NCBI GenBank assembly: GCA_946042285.1
Contig: CAMGDK010000001.1
Span: forward strand, 1 to 41,519
Direction of reading: 5' to 3'
Length of the DNA: 41,519 nucleotides
Source of the DNA: an uncultured Clostridia bacterium
GTDB taxonomy: Bacteria > Bacillota > Clostridia > Oscillospirales > Acutalibacteraceae
The notes beneath the pieces were generated by a model, which did not search any database, was not told the origin of the DNA, and saw nothing but the letters and a program-made list of their open reading frames with translations. Positions 39,049 to 41,519 of the stretch are shown here, one piece after another. The stretch's first letter is position 1, and each line of letters opens with the position of its first letter. The position numbers and the translations under genes are program-made.

Positions 39049-40737
39049 ATGGCTAAAAAGGGTTTTCATTTTGCAATAATCTCGGCATTTTTGTTTCTTT
39101 TTCCGTTTTGCGTCGGTGGGTATTATGTGTATTATTGCGCATTAGCCAATGTTATTTTAATTTCTTCTTTTGTTGGAGTAGTCATTAAAAAATCAAAAAT
39201 CAATCTGCAGTACGGTATTCCTGCGATTGTAATATCTTCTATGACATTGATGTATTTGGTGGTCAAGCTTTGGGCACTTGATTCAACAATGTCACTTCAT
39301 GGCTTTATTAAGTTTTTAACACCTTTTTTGTTGATGATAAATATATGGCAGATTGAGTCAGAGGATAGGGGAAAGCTGTTGCATGTTGTTCCGTATTCAG
39401 CAACTGTAATGACAGTTGTTTCGTATTCATTAGGTCAGCTTGATAAATATAGTAAGGTTTTTTTTGACGACATGCACGACTTGCACGGTGCGTTTCAATA
39501 TGCTAATGCTTATGCTGTATTCGCGCTTATCGGTGCGATAATTGCCTTGTTAAAACCTGTATCTAAAAAAAGTGTAAAGGTTTTTGACATAGTTTGTGCA
39601 GCGATTTGCTTGGCAGGTGTCTATCTGTCAGATTCAAGGGCAACATATCTTGTTACATTGGGAGTCGCGTTTGTAATAGCATATACCTTTGCAATGGTTA
39701 AAATAAAAACTAATAATAAGAGAATAGTATTTGCAATTGTAACTATCGCAATTGGAGTTGTTGGCTTAGCAGTAGCTACAAGATTCGGTATTACTGATAA
39801 AATTATTCATGTTTTGAAGACAGACGGATCTCTTACAGAGCGTTTACTATACTACACAGATGCATTTCAATATGCCTTAAAGCATCCCTTTGGAAAGGGC
39901 GCATATGCCTTTTATTTTGGACAGCCCGAATTTCAGTCGGCGTACTATTATGCAATAGATGTTCATTGCGATTATTTGCAATACATGGTTGAAATAGGTG
40001 TTATTCCTGCCGTTGCTTTTATTGTGCTTTTGGTACATGAGCTTTTTTCAAAGAAAACAAGCGTTGTTCAAAAGGCTGTTATTTTAGCAATTTCAACCCA
40101 TTGTATGATTGATTTCGATTTACAGTTTATTTCAATAATGTGTATCCTAATTGCATGCTTTAATTATGACAGGGAAAAGGTGTTAGAATTTAAGCGTAAC
40201 ATAATACTGATTCTTGTTATAATAGCGGCGCTCATAATGAATTTTCTTGTTGGTTTATCTGCTTTTTATAACAATATTGGATTTCATGAAAAGTCACTTT
40301 ATTACTACAAGAACACACCATCACTTATCGTTATGATGAAGTCAACTACCGATAAGCAGGTAGGCTATGATTATGCAACACAAATACTTGAGATTAACGA
40401 TTCAATATTTGAAGCAAATCAGGTTCTTGCAAATATATATATTGCCGAAGAGGATTACAGTAAGGCTGTCTATCAAATGGAGCAGGTGATTCAAAAGAGT
40501 CCGAGAAATATGAAGCACTATAAGAGATATATAAACACATGTATTCTGGCATATAGATATTACGATAAAAACGGTGACACTGAGAACAAAGAGCTTGTAA
40601 GGCAAAAAATACTTAGTGTACCTGATATGCTTAAGAATCTTGAAGAGCGTACCCCTGAGCGTGCAAAACTTTATGGCAGATATCAAGCGTTTAGCTTGGA
40701 TGATAAATATCTGAAAAAAATTGAAAGATTTAAATAA
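39049..40737 (+). CDS. O-antigen ligase (Wzy_C/WaaL-like) family membrane protein with C-terminal TPR-like domain
   Basis: Many hydrophobic segments; FQYANAYA, SDSRA, ER, HPFGKG, VHCDYLQYMVEIG, HCMIDF; TPR-like LANIY...YSKAV...P; start adjusted to ATG 39049. Confidence 0.8.
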   Translation: MAKKGFHFAIISAFLFLFPFCVGGYYVYYCALANVILISSFVGVVIKKSKINLQYGIPAIVISSMTLMYLVVKLWALDSTMSLHGFIKFLTPFLLMINIWQIESEDRGKLLHVVPYSATVMTVVSYSLGQLDKYSKVFFDDMHDLHGAFQYANAYAVFALIGAIIALLKPVSKKSVKVFDIVCAAICLAGVYLSDSRATYLVTLGVAFVIAYTFAMVKIKTNNKRIVFAIVTIAIGVVGLAVATRFGITDKIIHVLKTDGSLTERLLYYTDAFQYALKHPFGKGAYAFYFGQPEFQSAYYYAIDVHCDYLQYMVEIGVIPAVAFIVLLVHELFSKKTSVVQKAVILAISTHCMIDFDLQFISIMCILIACFNYDREKVLEFKRNIILILVIIAALIMNFLVGLSAFYNNIGFHEKSLYYYKNTPSLIVMMKSTTDKQVGYDYATQILEINDSIFEANQVLANIYIAEEDYSKAVYQMEQVIQKSPRNMKHYKRYINTCILAYRYYDKNGDTENKELVRQKILSVPDMLKNLEERTPERAKLYGRYQAFSLDDKYLKKIERFK

Positions 40738-40750
40738 GGAGGTTATTAAA

Positions 40751-41519
40751 ATGGAAAAATCAAATGTGAAAATCATTTCAATTTTTCTTTGTATTGCAAT
40801 GCTTTGCGCTTTGCCGTTTACATCTTACGCCAATCAAAATGATGCGGCAGCGATGTTTGCCGGTTCATTTAAGCAGAGCAATACAACAAGAAACGTTCTT
40901 TTGAGCGGTAGTCCTGTATCCGATTGGTACAAAGATCATGTTACCTACAACGGAAATAATTATTCAGTTCGTAGTAACGAGTATGGATTGAACCAGTATG
41001 GTAACAGGGTAGAGGTTAAAGCAGGTGAGGCTCACACAGTAAGAATGCACGAATACGGTGGATCTACTGCAACATTGGAGTTTACTGCAGACACATCATC
41101 CACTTATGAGGTGTCGGTAATCAATCCGGTTGGTGACATTCGAGAAAGAATTTCTATCTACAAATCACAATACGGCGGTATCAATTCATCTTCGTTCAAT
41201 TTAGTTGATATGCAGTACGGAACATATTTTGGTAACAACGTAAGTGGTAACACAAATGTTTCTGTAAAACTCAATGAAGGTGAAAGCATCTATTTGGCAG
41301 TGAGCGGATTGTCTTATAATAATACTGCTGCTGCCGAAGGATATATCACATTTGAAGAATGTGCAGAATTTTCGGTTCTTGTGAAAAAGGTTGACATTGT
41401 TACTCCATCGCCATCGGAACCAAATTCAACAACGCAGCCGACAACTCAGCCGACTGTTCAACCAACAACTCAGCCGACTGTTCAACCAACAACTCAGCCG
41501 ACTGTTCAACCAACAACTC
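40751..41519 (+). CDS. Secreted/surface protein, 3'-truncated, with Pro/Thr-rich repeat region (absent from the ORF track because it has no stop)
   Basis: AAGGAGG RBS, ATG 40751, signal peptide MEKSNVKIISIFLCIAMLCALPFTSYA, open to the window end, ending in TTQPTVQP repeats. Confidence 0.85.
   Translation, partial: MEKSNVKIISIFLCIAMLCALPFTSYANQNDAAAMFAGSFKQSNTTRNVLLSGSPVSDWYKDHVTYNGNNYSVRSNEYGLNQYGNRVEVKAGEAHTVRMHEYGGSTATLEFTADTSSTYEVSVINPVGDIRERISIYKSQYGGINSSSFNLVDMQYGTYFGNNVSGNTNVSVKLNEGESIYLAVSGLSYNNTAAAEGYITFEECAEFSVLVKKVDIVTPSPSEPNSTTQPTTQPTVQPTTQPTVQPTTQPTVQPTT
41429..41519 (+). repeat. 24-bp coding tandem repeat (TTQPTVQP)
   Basis: ACAACTCAGCCGACTGTTCAACCA exact at 41441, 41465 and 41489, partial at 41513; degenerate half-unit at 41429. 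Confidence 0.97.

Noticed and set aside
41429-41519. CRISPR array
   Set aside because: Units are contiguous with no spacers and lie in frame within a CDS; no cas genes in the window.

Overview
Chromosomal segment of a low-GC, probably spore-forming Clostridia bacterium (Oscillospiraceae/Ruminococcaceae-like, inferred from gene content). It opens with the 3' half of a tRNA-Thr(CGT) plus terminator, which looks like the attachment junction of an integrated element lying to the left. It continues with a GH4 hydrolase, an internally shortened spoIIE, the rimP-nusA-ylxR-ylxQ-infB-rbfA-nrnA-truB-ribF operon (plus a HAD hydrolase) and rpsF-ssb-rpsR. About 25 kb is then dominated by nucleotide metabolism: DUF523/TudS, xpt, a BMP-type nucleoside ABC transporter, a 9-gene pyr operon, punA-mtnA-mtaD and a second BMP lipoprotein. 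A pfkB kinase and a GT2/TagF-like fusion interrupt this block. The window ends with an O-antigen-ligase-like/TPR membrane protein and a truncated secreted protein with TTQPTVQP repeats. Most unusual items: a BMP lipoprotein carrying a circularly permuted insert of three InlB-B-like repeats, divergent from the MTA salvage operon; the tRNA att site; SpoIIE lacking its Cys-rich segment; a possible protein O-glycosylation pair; and degenerate domains in RibF and the TagF fusion. All family calls come from motif recognition by eye; no searches were run.
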